From positions 7,626,001 through 7,690,000 of the forward strand of contig NC_087437.1 of NCBI RefSeq assembly GCF_036321535.1: a stretch of 64,000 bases of DNA, in the 5' to 3' direction. Source of the DNA: Camelus dromedarius. Its lineage: Eukaryota. Shown piece after piece: positions 14,626 through 29,595 of the stretch (its first letter is position 1; each line of letters starts with the position of its first letter). Under the pieces are notes generated by a model that did no database searches, was not told the DNA's origin, and saw nothing but the letters and a program-made list of their open reading frames with translations. Position numbers and translations under genes: made by a program.

Positions 14626-15479
14626 AATGGAAATCAGTACATACCTATTAAAAATTACTTCCAGTGTAAATACTGACATTAGTTCTGCTATTCAAAGGTG
14701 TCATAAAAATTCCAGGATTTTTCCATCCTTTAGTTCTGCCATATTCAAACATGCCACCTCAGGGCCACAGAATGACTGCCATAGCTCTAGACACCACAAC
14801 TAAATCCCAAGGTAGGAATGAGGGGAAAGAGAAGGTAGAAGGGCACAATGGCCTGGATGGTGAGAGCATTTGTTTTCTCATATCTCTCTTTTAATAAAAA
14901 CTAAAATATCCTCCTGGAAACCTATAAACTGATCCAAATATCTAATTGAACAGATCTTATTAACCTGGCCACACAATTACAAGTGAAAAAAAAAAATCAG
15001 TTTCACAATTACATGATTACTTATGAATGATTTAAAATAAAAAGTTTTAAAAACTAGTTTAAAATTATTACCAGTAGCTGAGAAACTTAGAATAATGGGA
15101 AATATTTTTATTTCTTCTCTGGTTTCCTAAGGCTTTGTCATATGGCTACATTAATTGGATAATGAAAGCATGCATTTATAATAAAAGTAAGTTCATTTGA
15201 ACTCAGAGTAATTAGACTTTTGCCTCAAAGACTCATTGATTGATCTAGAACCTTCTCTTACCACCCATCCCATACATCTATACCTTCCCAAAGCAGGGAA
15301 GGGCACGGGGAAGCCATGCGGTAACTTTATGGTCATTCTTTTAACTACAGCGCCTGCGGTGTCACCACGCACATCTCTCCCAGTGTCCTCTGACTCAGAA
15401 TATGATTATATTGATTTAAAAATAAATCCTGCAAATCACATTTACAATATGAAATATACTTAGTATTGACCTGGAAACG

Positions 15480-16780
15480 TGATTTGTTTCGTCTGGTTTC
15501 ATGACCTCCTTGGTGCTCCTCCTAACTTACTGGCCACTCTCATCTGATGTCTTCTACCTGATTTTTCCAGCCTCTAAAGTCTCCTGGACTCAGCCCTTAG
15601 ACTTCATCTTTGCTCTGGTTAAACTCACTCCCTCAATGATCTAATTCCGTTAAGTCCTCATTTTCATCTTCAGCATAGATGTTGTATTTAACCTTCAGAC
15701 TCATTTATTCAACTACCTACTTGACTTCTCTTCTTGGATGCTTAATAAGCCTCTGAAACATTGTATAAATACCAATCTCTTGAAACACCTCAAATCTGCA
15801 GAGTTGTTTTTTTTTTTTATCTCATAAAATGCACCTCTCCCCTTCTAGTCTAACACAGTCATTGGCATCATTCTTTGATTCGTTTTTCCTCTCTTGCTGT
15901 GATCAAATCCACTGGCAAACCCCTTCAGCCTCTCCTTCTGATGATGATGCCTCACATCTGACCATTTCCCATCACCTCCATTGCTACCATCCTGGTCCAG
16001 ATCATCTCCTTTTTAAATGGACTATTAGGATAGCCTCTAACTTGTCTAACCAGGATGGCTCCTACCTGCTATTCTAAACAAAACAGCCAGTGTGGACCTT
16101 TCATTGCAGACTTGAAACCCCCCAGGATCATCTCATTGCTCTCAGAGTAAAACCTCGAGTCCTTACCATCCTTGAATGATCTGGAAGGCTCCCCCACACC
16201 ACCTCTGTGACCTCATCTCCACCAAAGTTCCCTTTGTTCACTGTGTTCCAGCCCCACTGGCTGTCCCTGCTCTTCCACAAGCACACCCAGCAGGCTCCCA
16301 CCTCAGCGCCTTTGAACTTGTTCTTGCCTCTGCCTGGAGATGCAGTTGACCCGTGAGCAACAGAGGGGTTAGAGGTACCAACTCTCCGGCAGTAGAAAAA
16401 CCTCATATAACTTTTAAGTAGGTCCTCTGTACCTGCAGGTTCCGCATCTCTGGATTCAGCCAACCTCAGATCACGCAGTACCATAGTACCTATTTACTGA
16501 AAAATAATCCACGTATAAGTGGACCTGCACATCCAAACCCATGTTGTTCAGGGGTCACCAGTACTTTCTATGCGTATCTGCATGGATCGTTCCTCATTTC
16601 CCTTGGGTCTTTCCTCAAATGTTAACTTTATCACAGAAGATTTTCCCGATTATGCTAATTTAAATTACAATTTATTCTTTGAGCATTTGTCACTATCTGA
16701 ATCACATCTCTTTCTTTCCTTCCTTCCTTTCTTCCTTCCTCACTCCCTTCCTTCCTTCCATTTGCGGAATGAGTGATGAA
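15480..16780 (-). mobile_element. Degenerate L2 LINE (interrupted by a Tigger MITE)
   Basis: L2-like motifs CAACTACCTACTTGACTTCTC, CAGGCTCCCACCTCAGCGCCTTTGAACTTG and terminal GAATGAGTGATGAAT. Confidence 0.65.
16343..16561. mobile_element. Tigger2-family MITE (Tc1/mariner)
   Basis: Terminal inverted repeats CAGTTGACCCGTGAGCAACA ... TGTTGTTCAGGGGTCACCAG, followed by TA. Confidence 0.85.
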
Positions 16781-17879
16781 TCTACCTGTATAATTAGAAT
16801 ACAATACAAATTAGTTTCCTGAATAAAAAACCTTTCTACAGTTTTTAACTGATCTGAGTGTTGAGTCCCAGAGAGAGAAATACTAGAAATGATAACTGTG
16901 GAAATATTAAAGTTATAATTTATCAAGCAGCATCTTTAAATTCTAAGCATTACATTAGGTGTTTTATGTGAAGGAATAATCACCTCCTGTCTTACAAGAG
17001 GAACACACCACAGTTCAGAGAAGTTAGCCAGCTTGCCCTCTTCCCCAGGTAAAAAGAGACAGAATCTGGCTGTGGTTGGAAGCGTGTGCTGCCATCTCTC
17101 ATGCCAACCCTGTCCCGAATCTGCAGAAGTATTTTAGAGTTTGAGACATTCCATGTTGTTTGAAGATGCTCCTTCTGCCTCTAATATTCAAGCTCTTTTT
17201 CCTTCTATCTTTTGTCCTTTTTCTCTTCTTCCTTCCTTCCCTCCTCCCTTCCTCTCTTTTATTCATAAGCTTAAAATTGTATGCAGTGCCTTTACATCAT
17301 TCATTGCAGTCATTAAGTTCTAGTCACTTTTTAATAACTCCCTGAATTACCGTGTGTCTGAGCTGGAAAGGACCTTGGAAATCATGTAATCAACTCCCTC
17401 ACTTTCCATGTAAGACGAGTAAGACCCAGAGAAGGCAGGTGGCTTGGGCACGATCACACAGCTTATCATTCAGAGAGCCAGAACCCAATTCTAAGCGATC
17501 TGCTATGTAGACCAGTGTTCATCCCAATTATAAAATGTTCACCAGATATGTCTTATTTCATATTTATACCTACTCATGACTTAAGTCTAAAAGGTGTTCA
17601 ACCTAAAATCTAATCATCAACAGAAATGAGCTTTCTCTAGATTGCAGGTTAGTGGCTACCGTGGTGCTCCGTCAACGTAACTGAGACATACTGACTGCAT
17701 TCACTCAGGAAAATGGGAAAGTGCGTGTGTGTGTGTGTGTGTGAGAGAGATAATATTTAGTTAGAAAAAAACACCCCCCCACATAGTGTGCTTGATGATG
17801 TGGTATACAGTGACAGACCATTTGCTGATAGAATTCAGCATTTGTTGACAGTTCCGTGTATAGGGGGCTTGGGTGTGAG

Positions 17880-18420
17880 TGGTTAACAGATCGTAAATTA
17901 GCATGTTGAAATGTCATTACAAATTGCAATACTCAGTCTTAAGAGGAAAAAAGAGGCTATCATGAGAGAAAAACACAGGGTGGGGGGTAACTTACTTAGA
18001 TAACACAATCAGGGAAGGACCCTCTGGAAAGTGGACATTTGGTCTGAGACCTGAAAGATGAAACCCAGGGAGAAGAAACTGCACAGACAAAACCTTGGGG
18101 ATGAAAAGACCCGGGAAGAAGCCATTCTTAAGTATCAGGTGCCAGGAAGGGAGAAAGTGAAATCTTAGTCAAGGTACCACAGGCCATGGTAGAGGCGTTT
18201 GAGTTTCATTCCAGTTGCACTGGAAAGCCTTTAAAGAATTTAAAACAGGAGAATGATAGACATGGGTTTCTTTGCAAAGATTGTCCCAGGTAATAAGACC
18301 AAGGGCAGCGGTTAAGCCCGCATGTGAGATGGTTTAGTGGCTTCACAGTCCCAGCTCTGGTCTCGCTGGTTGGTGAAAGAATGAGGTCCCCACCACTATG
18401 TATTTGTGCAACCACAAGAT
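17880..18420 (+). mobile_element. Degenerate L2 fragment
   Basis: GTGGACATTTGGTCTGAGACCTGAAAGATGA and TGGAAAGCCTTTAAAGAATTTAAAACAGG resemble L2. Confidence 0.55.
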
Positions 18421-21400
18421 GGAATATGGCAAGGAGGGCCTGAAGGATTATGGATGGGGCATCAGGTTAGATACTGACCTGTGTAATCGTCCCCAAACTT
18501 TGAGCTTCTGAGCTTATTATGAAAAGTCTCTTTAGGATGGTAGGAAATCATAAAAATCAAAGGAGTTAGTATTTAGAACAGAATTCTCCCAAACCTTACA
18601 GATTGAATATATACTCATCTACCCCCTTGCCAACATGGGGCTGAGGTATATAATCTAAACCTCCTTCCGTTGGGGCAGAAGGTCTCAATCTGGGGGAGGG
18701 GAAGTATATCATCTAGTGATTTTGATTGAAATGAAGGTCCAAGGGTTCCCATCCCTGAGATTGTAATTTTCATCAACCTGGGGTGAGCCCTGAGACACTG
18801 CAGCCTTAATAAGCAACCTGGGAGATTGCAGTGGACGAGGTGGATGGGGGCTGCACTCTGGGGAACAGTGGGCTTGGTGATGTCCCTGTGCAGATCCCAG
18901 CTCTCCTTCCCGTCTTGTCATCCACTGAGATCAGGAATACGGTGGCTCTGAGGATATTTCAACTTACATCGTTAGGTTATTCAGCCGTTCTGAGCCAAAG
19001 CCCCTTCATCTACAATCACAGCATCAGATGCTCTTGTGAGAGCTGGAATGCAAAATGCTGCCCTCCGCCCCTGGCATGTCATAGCTGCTTAATAAAGACA
19101 CCTATCACCTGCTTTATTTCTGTCTCATTTATTTGGCTGCCTCCTTCCTAGGCATCTCAGATTCCTAATGCGGACTCAGCACTCGCCTGTGTTGGCTTGT
19201 TTCTCCATTATTACCTCCTTCTTTTCCCCTGGTCTCCATCTCTAGCACAAATTCCCAGAGACCTGCAGGTATCACCTTAATTAAAGTTTTGCACGCTCTC
19301 TGCATTATTCCAGAGACACTACAGTACAAACACAAAGATTACAGCTGTGGACTATCTATAACCATCAAATTAGTTTGCTCTTGTGTTTCCTGCTACCGAA
19401 CTCACAATTCTTTCTTGTAAAAGCACTCATCTTTCCTGTTTAATCTAACGTGAGGACTGTGAAGCAGAGCACACTGTGCAGGGGACAGATGAGGTTCTGG
19501 AAAACGCTACCCAAATCATGAGAAACATTTGAATGGCATTAGCTTCCACAGAATACAAACAGAGCTTGACCAGAGAGGGGAAAGTCAGCCCTCTCTAGGG
19601 CGCTGGGCACACTAATTTGTCTCTGCTAAATTAATCCCCCCGCCTTTTTTTGTTGTTGTTGTTGTTCAAATCTTCATATATGTTTGAAGTTAAGAGCCTG
19701 TTCTACTTGGTGTGAAATTAAAAGGAAATAGTCTCTGAATTAAACATAATTGCAAGTGAACTCTAGGTTGTGCTGGAGGAGAATCGGGGGAGAAGTTAAA
19801 TGAAATATTCTGGGAATCTGGGTATTCATAGAACACGGCTGGTTTCATTTGCGAGGTTCCATTTAATCTGCCTTTCAGTGGCTCAGTACAATGCCAAAAG
19901 AAATAACTATGTCTTTTAGAACAAAAATACTGTCTTATGGTCTTACTTTGTCTTTAAATAAACCCCTAAGAAAAGTTTTACTGAGGTGTAAAATTTAAAC
20001 CACAGTTAGCTACATATTTGGTCATTTTTTTAAGAGAATAAAATTACACTAAAGAAGAATGGTGCTTCCCCCTCCCCCGGCCCCCGAAAAAAGAGAATTG
20101 TGCTAGGAAATCCAGGCCCCACGATTACCAAGGAGCTCACCCCTTCCTTGTCAGTTTCCACCTCTCTCTCTCCCCCTTACAGTTCTTCTGAGTCAAGGGA
20201 GCTGGGATTTTTATATCATCCGATTGTGTATATTTGAAAAGGGAGAAAGTATAGCAAACATTGTGCTCTCTCCTCCCCTGTTCTTTGCAAAAGCAAGAAA
20301 AAAAACTTGACCCTCGCAGGAAGCTCACCTACGGTTCATATTTGATTTGAAGAAGGAGAGGTTGGAAGGGACAGAAATCATAAAAATGAAAATGTGGGGA
20401 GAATGGATATACAAATGCAGAAGTGTTTACATCATACCGAGTTCTTGTCTCTAGGTACTGTTCAGAACAGGGGAGCCTGCCTTCACTTGGGTAGCGGCTA
20501 AAATGCAGCATCCTGGGTTGGAAAATTTCACAGTAGCCCCTTAATGACCCCAAAAGAGTCCCTAATGATTCCAAAATGCTGAACGCATGTGCACACGGTA
20601 GTCTTCTCTACTGAGTGAAAGAGCCTCGTAATATCCTCATCGCATATTTTGGAGAAAGGGCTTTGTTTAGCATTATTTAGCTTTCTGTTTTCGCCTAATT
20701 GGCTTCCTAATATAAAACAAAAGTTTGTGTTTCTGCTTACCAAAGACTGTACTAAAAGGAACATGTCAGGATGAAAACTATGAGCATGACATGGACTGTT
20801 CAGAGTGGTTCTGATTTTATTTTTAAAGCAAAGGTGCTAGTTCTCAGTGATTTCCTGTTAAACAATTAAACAATAGATTCAGCTTTTTAAAATGCCCTCA
20901 TCTGGTGTGCTTTAATGGAGATGAGTAGGTTACAAGTGTATTTCATTTATTTGCTTAATACATATCTGTTGAGCACCTACTACGTGCCAAGCACTGTTCC
21001 AGAAGTTGTGATTCCGTTAATGAACACAACAAACCAAGCCCCCCGCCCCTGTCCCTGGGAGCACACATCCCATGGCAGAGTACAGATAATACTACTAATT
21101 TTTAAGAAAGTAAACAGACTGTGTGAAAGACCATTTTTGCCTAAGAGACTTAATCTTATATGCCAAGAGCCAAAGAAGACTGGGGCACAGTTTCATATTA
21201 TTTCAAACATATTTGTAGAGAATCAATTGTGGGTTAAAAATATCGAACATATTTTATTATTATTGCCTTTGAGATTTTCTGGTTTCTCTCCCATTTGTTT
21301 AATTTTTGATTAATCCTATCCTCCTGTCTTAATGAAAAATCATTCTGCTTAGAAATTAAACTCATTTACTGAATTCTAAGAGATAATAACACCTGAAAGG

Positions 21401-21522
21401 AAATAGTACAACTCACTGTTGACGTGCACACAGCTGAAAAATGGAATTTGCAAAATTTGCTAATACCAAATTATAATGAAGAGTATACTAAACTTGCTTT
21501 AAATTTGTCTTAATGAGCTTTT

Positions 21523-21772
21523 TTTTAATTTACATTTTTTACTGAAGTATAGTTGATTTACAATGTTGTGTTAGTTTCAGATGTACAGAAAAGTGATTCA
21601 GTTATATGTATTTTTTTTTATTCTTTTTCAGATTCTTTTCCATTATAGGTTACTACAAGGTATTGAATATAGTTCCCTGTGCTCTACAGTAGGTCCTTGC
21701 TGTTTATTTATTTTATATATAGCAGTTTCTATCTATTAATCCCAAACTCCTCTAATTTATCCCCTCCTCCAC
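21523..21772 (-). mobile_element. Short L1 3'UTR insertion with perfect 17-bp TSD
   Basis: TGTCTTAATGAGCTTTT at 21506-21522 and 21773-21789. The body has GAAGTATAGTTGATTTACAATGTTGTG. Confidence 0.92.
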
Positions 21773-22349
21773 TGTCTTAATGAGCTTTTATCTTTGTTGA
21801 TTGGAATTTTAAACATTTATTCATCTGGGTTCTTTTTACTTCATCAAGATTACTATCCATTTTTAAAATTTTTTAAATTGAAGTATAGTTGATTTATAAT
21901 GTTGTGTAAGTTTCTGGTGTACAGCATACCAAGTTATTTTTATTTAGCCATTCAAGTGAATGGTTAAATACCTTCTAAGATGTTTTTGAATAGATAATTA
22001 CATGCATTTGGTACACAATTCAAATGTTAAAAAGGGCTTATAATGAAAATCAGTCTCCTTTCCTTTTTTGTCCTCAGCCACACAGATGCCCTCCCTTGGT
22101 CATTTCCTGTGGCTAGGTTCTTCCAGATCTTTCCAGTGATGTTCTAAAGGAGCTTATCAAATGTGCATGTAAATCTTATTAAAATAAAGATTCTCATTCA
22201 GGGGTCTGCGCTGAGGTTTAAGACTGTCTATTTCTAAGAAGCTCCCGGTGAGGAGGATGTTGCTAGCCTCAGTGGCGAGGTGGTAAAGCCCATCTGTTTC
22301 AATGTGTCTCTGTGTTTACTTGATACTGGACTTGAGAGCAAGATATTCT

Positions 22350-22393
22350 TTTTTCTCTTTTTAATTTTCGAATATTCTGAGGGTTGATGGATT

Positions 22394-22437
<44 letters not shown>

Positions 22438-22740
22438 TTGAAATACAGTCAATTTACAATGTTGTGTCAATTTCTGGCATACAGCACAATTCTTCAGTCA
22501 TATATGAATATACATATATAAGTTTTCATATTCTTTTCCACCGTAAGCTACTACAAGATATTGAGTATAGTTCCCTGTGCTCTACAGTATAAACTTGTTT
22601 ATCTATTTTACATATGCCTGTCAGTATTTGCAAATCTCAAACTCCCAATTTATCACCTCTCACCCTGTTTCCCCCCTTGGTAACCATAAGTTTGTTCTCT
22701 ATGCCTATGAGTTTGTTTCTGTTTTGTAAATAAGTTAGTC

Positions 22741-22771
<31 letters not shown>

Positions 22772-22994
22772 TTGCATATATAAATGATATATGTTATTTT
22801 TCCTTCTCTTTCTGGCTTACTTCATTTAGAATGACGATCTCCAGGTCCATCCATGTTGCTGCAAATGGCATTATTTTATTCTTTTTTATGGCTGAGTAAC
22901 ATTCCATTGTGTAAATATACCACAGCTTCTTTATCCAGGCATCTGTCAATGGACATTTAGGTTGTTTCCATGTCTTGGCTGTTGTATATAGTGA
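22350..22994 (-). mobile_element. 5'-truncated L1 with (TAAA)n tail and extra 3' sequence
   Basis: ORF2 end [53 protein letters not shown] (22335-22349) / AGAGCAAGATAGTCT (22995-23009). Confidence 0.9.
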
Positions 22995-25900
22995 AGAGCA
23001 AGATAGTCTCATACTATTTCCTGCTGTCTGCTACGACTTTAGCACTAGGCTTCCAGCTTGGACTTTTGCTTTGTTACAGGGTCCTCTTCTAATCTTTGTC
23101 TGAAGTGATCATTTATACAGTATTTTAAAAATCAAACCATAAATGAATGACGAAAGCCAGCAATATGACCATTTGAAGTGCGCTACTAGATGATATGTAA
23201 ATTGTACTGACGGTGAGAATCCCTCTTTGCAAATTTTCCATCTGCATCTTAAAATGAGGTTAGAAACGTCCTCAATTCCAAGCAGCCTTCTAAATTTTGG
23301 CAGAGGGCAGACTGAGAACTTTAGCTTGCGGCCAGTACCATTAATCAAATAAAGATGCCACCGTGCTTGGAAATGATACAGTTAAGCTCCCTGAAATCAA
23401 TATAAAGTGCAAAGATCATTTAAATATTTAAAAGTCTTAGATATTCATACTCTATGTGCCTGGGTAAAGCAGTCTCTAAAGGGGCTGTGACTGACAGCAC
23501 GAGGGGTGTTACAGATGTTGTCTTTGCTGGGCCTGTATGTAAATGCACTTCAGAAAGCTTGGGGGCAACTCATTAAAAGAAAATGAAAATTTCATGTTTG
23601 TTTCTTCCCCTCTGCAAGGAAATGAAGGCTGCAAGATTCAAATGTGCCTATCTGTGTTTTCAGCAGAGTTTGTTCCTTTGAGGGCTTGCTTGCACAACAC
23701 AGGATTTGGTAGGAGAACCGAGGTCAGAGGCACTTGTCAGAAGTAAAGATTTGGACCATCCAAGTCTCAATGTCTGTGTTTTTTGGCGGAAAGAGCCAGA
23801 GGGAAACAGGCTTCTCTTTGATGCCAAGTTAGTATCCGTCAGTGTTTCCATTGGTGACTGGCTCCTGGGGTCTGCCCCACGGGGAGTTCTTAGACTGGGT
23901 GCTGAGATGGCTGTCTTTAGGTACTGGGTGTGGTGGGGAGGAGTGACTGCATCTGCCCCAGTCCTCTTGAGCATGCATTGTTCTACCTCCAGGCCTGTTC
24001 TCTAACCTAGGCGATGTAGAGGTGTACTAAATGGTGTGCACGGGGTCATAGAACACAAACAGTCTATCTTCCTGAAATTTCAACTGAATTAAAAACTTGA
24101 CAGGTCCATATTAAAACAAAATAAAAACACCCAAAGGAGCATAAGTACGCAGCCAGCTCAGTAGAAGGCAAAATTCTGATGGATTTTTAAGTTAACCATG
24201 AGATTTAAAAACAATAGCGAGCTTAGATCTATGCCTTCAGGCTTCTTGGAATACACATTTATTGGCCTCAGCCAGTAGAAAGATATTTCAGTGGGGATAT
24301 TTTAGAAGTACTGTGATTTACATTAAAAGGGCATGAGGAAGTCAGAAACCGATAGCAACTCCATTGCTTTGCCTCCTGCGGGACTCTGGAATGGACCTGT
24401 GTGAAATATTTTGGAGCCCAGAAAGTTATTCTTGTATTTTTGAAGTACTGACTTTCTGGAGGAAATGAGGAAGTGACATAGAAGTCGCTGAGAGACCCAG
24501 ACTGTTTTAAGAGATGTCATCAATGAACTTTTAATAAATGATCTCTATAGGAAAAAATCTGTGACTTTGAGCTTTTTGTAGACTGAAGGGGTAAAAATAT
24601 TTTTCTGGAATTAACCCATTTGTGCTGGAAGTAGAGAACAAGTCACTTCTTTCCTGAAAGAACGCACGATGTAGCAAATGTTGTCTATTGCATAGATGGG
24701 GTTTAATCCCTAGCGTTGGATCTTGGACTGGAAACTCAACTTCTCCAGGTCTCAGTCTTCTCATCTGAAAGATGGGCCAAGTATAAGGATGAAAGGAGTT
24801 AGTAGTGAATCAATGTTTGTCTTCTCTTTTTTTTTTCCTTTTTTCTTTTCTTTCTATATCTTTCCTTTTTCAACCTCCATTCCCTGTGTACATGGAAGTC
24901 AACAATGAATAGTACTTCTCCATTTGAATGGGAAAGTGTACTTCCCAGTGGGGAGCTGGAGCAAATGACCCGGGTCTCTACCAGCCCTGAGATCCCCCTC
25001 TGAGGATCCAGGAAGTATCGAGAGAAACAATCAACCATCTAAAATGTAAACACATTTAGATCCTACGGTTTACTGGCACTTCGAAACTGAATTTACACAA
25101 AAGGATGACCTAGAAACAAGCAGGGAAAAGCTGTGTGGCATTTCGATGCATATCACGTATGCATAATTGATTCTTTAGAAGGTTAAATACCCTTAGCATA
25201 TGCATCAATAGGGATATACCCATGGTAGGTGTGTAATCACTATGGCAGTGGCTTTGTTTTACATCCTCCTAAGGTAAATGTCAGGTTTCTTCTTTGGGGA
25301 TTCCAGGACTGGTGTTCAAAAAAAGCATCTGTTTCTGAGGAGATAGCTGGATAGGAGGAGCTACTCTTCCCCAAACAGAAGGGCTATTCCTGTCTCTAGT
25401 ACACTAAGTTTTGCGGGGGCTCTGACAGCCACTCAATTCTCTTTGGAATTGAAATGCAATTTACATATCAAGGACAAGTGCTAAGTATAAACAGAAAAGG
25501 CCAAACACATAACTTTTTTTTTTTGCTTCTTTTTTTTTTTTGCAGAGTATTTGCAGGAAGAATTAACTACCCCAAACACAGGATAATCCTTCATGGAAAC
25601 ACACAGTTAGGGCAATTTGGGGAATCCTTCAGCGGCTTTTGTTAGAAACTTATTGTAGCTCTGAGAGATGGCTCTTTTCTTATGTCCATAAACAATTATA
25701 AAGATGCTAAGGAAATTAATAAAAGAAGCAAGTCACTGAAAAATATGTAGAATGAAATGCTATAATCTGTGCTATAAGAATCAGGAAAAAAGACAGGCAG
25801 CATGTTGCATGAAGATACATGTATAAGCGGTGAAGACTATAAATTCGGGGTAATTATTAAAGAATTCAAGTTATGGGCTTTTTCTTTGAGGAAAGAGGGA

Positions 25901-26756
25901 AATACAATCAGTATCGTGTACATGGGGGTTTTCACTAGATAAGTGCTCCACTGGTGTTTAGTGTTGTTTTTACATACTGCTATTAAATCTTTTTTAAGGT
26001 ATGTTATGTTTCCTACTTTCTGAAAACGGAGAAGGCAAAGTGACAAAACAGGGAAGAGAAAGCATACATTGAGTTGGTAAAAAAACAAAAACAAAACAAT
26101 ATAATATAGTAATCATAATAAAAGTCAATATATTTATCTCAGGCTGATGGATGTATCTTCATACTGTACTTTTTAAAAACTTAATTACATGCCACGTGCA
26201 AGACACAACTATAAAATACAAGTCCTTACAAGGGGGTTGAAAGTGCAAAGAGGAGAAAAGGTATACCAGATAAATACTAATAGAACTATTGTAGCTACTT
26301 AAATATTAGGAAACTGGACTTCAGGGCAAGATGTGATGTTGTTTATTCTCTGTTTGCAACTCCTTTTTCTCCATTCGTCCTCTGAGCCTACTCCATCTGG
26401 GCATCTGCTCTGACCTTCCAGGACTTTTGTTACAAAATTTTTGCCTTATTCGTAGCTAATCCTTTTTGCAGCCCAGGATCTCCGATTTCTCCGCTCCGGT
26501 GGTACTTACTATCTGTGTACCACTGATTTGGGACTTATCATCTGCTGTGTCTTAATGTTACTGACATTTATGCATGTCTTTCGTTAAGCGGTAATATCCT
26601 AAAGCTAGAGACTTATACCTTATTCACCTCCTGCCCCCTCACCCTGGGACCTGCCATATGGTAGAACCGTGTCACCTGGCATATAGTACAAAGTCAACAA
26701 ACATGTCAGTGGTCGGCTGAAAAATGTCTTCTGAAAACACATTAAAAGCTCTTTTG

Positions 26757-26934
26757 AGGGAGAGGGGAGGGTACAGCTCAAGTGGCAGAGCGCATGCTTA
26801 GCGTGCACAAGGTCCTGGGTTCATTCTCCAGTACCTCCTCCAAAAACACATAAACCTAATTACCTCCCCCCACCCCCACCAGAACAAAATAATTAAATAA
26901 TACAGTAACAAATAAATAAAATATATATATATTT
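26757..26934 (+). mobile_element. tRNA-derived SINE (camelid Vic-1-like, long form)
   Basis: A box ACAGCTCAAGTGG, B box GGTTCATTCTCC, AT-rich tail. TSD TAAAAGCTCTTT (26743-26754) / TAAAGGCTCTTT (26935-26946). Confidence 0.85.
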
Positions 26935-28539
26935 TAAAGGCTCTTTCAGGATGTTTGTATACTTTGCCAATACTATGCATTTATATTTTCTAAGCAAACT
27001 CTTAGAATGGCAGGAGGAAGAGACATTAGGGTTAGAATGGGACCCAGAGCTGAGTGGAGTTGGTGAGACTAAGACCATGGCCACCTCAGTAGAAGGGCGC
27101 CCCACTCTGGACCTCGCTGGGAACTCCTGTAGGTTCACAACTGATCTTTAAGAGCAGGGACTGCATCTAAGATATCTTTTTTTTTTTTTTTTTTTTTTTT
27201 GCCTCTGCACCTGGAACAAAGTCCAACACATAGTACACCATCAATAGATGCTTCTGCAAAGTGTGAGAGAATTAACCATTAGTCTTGGAAAATTTAATTC
27301 ACTCTCATGGCCTCCAAGCAATCTGCCACTGAAGGCTTCCCAGTGTGGGTCTTAAGCTCTGGTTTCTCTGCCCAGGGAGAGGGTGACTGGGGCACAGAGA
27401 CGGGTCAGCCCAGCCCAGGCAGGATTCAGATGTTAGCAATAGGATTTGTGCTCTGGGCTTTGGAGCTGATTGGAGCAAAACTGAGTAGAGTGGATATGGT
27501 TTTGCCAGCTGACAATAGACTATGGAAACATGTAACAGATGTTTAAAAAGAGATGGGAAAGCCCATGGATCAGATCTTCAGTGCTTTCCTGCCAGCCACC
27601 GAGAAGTAGCTGGAATTCCTTTTTTCTCATGGCATAAAGATATGATGCTGCTGCAAACCTCTTTTAAACATACTAGTTTTGAATAAGCAATACATAAAGC
27701 ATATGGTATAAAATTCAAAGGATATAGTAGGAATATGGCAAAAATAAGTGTTCCTATCTTCTTTGCCCGTAGTTGCCCTATCTTAAGACATCTACAGTTA
27801 CTAGGAATTTATTCCACTTGGTTTTAGGTGTACATAAATACTTCATATATGTGTATATATGTTTATATGGGTTTATATATTTTCAGACAGATAATTCTTC
27901 CAATAACATACTGTATTGAATCATGATTTGTTTTTATTTAACAACTTATGCTGTAGTTCTTTGCATTTTTATTCATTTTTTTATCATCTTTAAAATCCCA
28001 GCCTATAATATTATCTGGTTATACTGACAGTGTTCAACTTTAGTTTCATGAGTGAATGAATGAGTGATTTAATAATGGTCTCTAATTCATTCTGTACCTA
28101 ATAGTCGCCCGCCAACACCTTTTGTACATGCCTTATCTTATACCCCATCTCCAATATGCATCTTTTTGCCTGTGAACATCCCTCTAAGTTCATCTCAAAA
28201 AATCTGTCCTCAGGAACAGTCCCCAAATATTGCCTCTCAGGCTCTCCTCCAGGAGTTATCTCTAAGCACTTAACAATCATCTTATTTTTGTTCGTCCTCT
28301 GATTCTTAGTTATTAATGCAATAGTCATAAGATGTGAATAATATTCTTAATAATAAGTTTCGAGTACTTATTTGTGCCAGACACTTTACTAAGCACCTTA
28401 TATGCATTTCTCATTAATCCCTGCAACACACCTATAAAGTAAGTAACAGCATCACCCTCGTAGCATACATGTCAGTGCCCCTCCGGTATCTCCTTGATTC
28501 AGCCTTAAGTTCACAAGCAGACCATTTCCTTATACGCCA

Positions 28540-28898
28540 GTGGGTTCTAGCATTGTGCTGCCCAAGGGACCTCCGGAGAGTGTACTCAGCCCAAGTGCGT
28601 AGACCAAAGTGACAACATACTGACAACCTGGAAGTGACCCTAACCAGTGGGATATAGACACTGGTGGATCAATACCCCAGCTTTTTCTCTGGTCAGTGGG
28701 AACATTTTGAGCTGTGTTCTTCCCAGACATGTCCACGATCCTCTGTTGCCCATCGCTGTAAACCCCTTCCTACCTCACCCTCCATTACCTTTCCTCCCTC
28801 CCCACTTCCTTACTTCCTAGAATCACCTGCCAAATAAACTACTTACACTCGAATCCTTGTCTCAGAGTCTTCTTTGGGGGAAATCAAACCTAAGGAAA
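28540..28898 (+). mobile_element. ERVL-type solo LTR (LTR16-like), inserted in a MIR
   Basis: 3' end CCAAATAAACTACTTACACTCGAATCCTTGTCTCAGAGTC...AAACCTAAG. MIR-like sequence lies at 28350-28460 and 28900-28980. Confidence 0.6.
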
Positions 28899-29235
28899 CA
28901 GGTTTTGAATGTGTGAGTTAAGTGGCAGATTCAAGAAAAGAACCAGAAGCTGTGCTCAAAAGCACCACACCTCACTGCTAGGTAGGTGGTAAGTGTTTCA
29001 AAGCAGATCGCTGGATATTGTGTTCCCTCCATGGTGTGTTTCAAAATGCAAGCCAGAGTCAGAGCTTAATGCGTACTTCTGCTGGCCAACGCCATCTTAT
29101 GTTTTGAGGTGTCTCTTTTCCACCCGAGCACATCAGGACATGCATTTTAGGTAACCTTAGCTAAACACAGGTGCTCCTCATTTGCTACCTAAACTCTGAT
29201 TTACAAAGAATTTCTCATGCTTGTTTACTTGTTGA

Positions 29236-29595
<360 letters not shown>

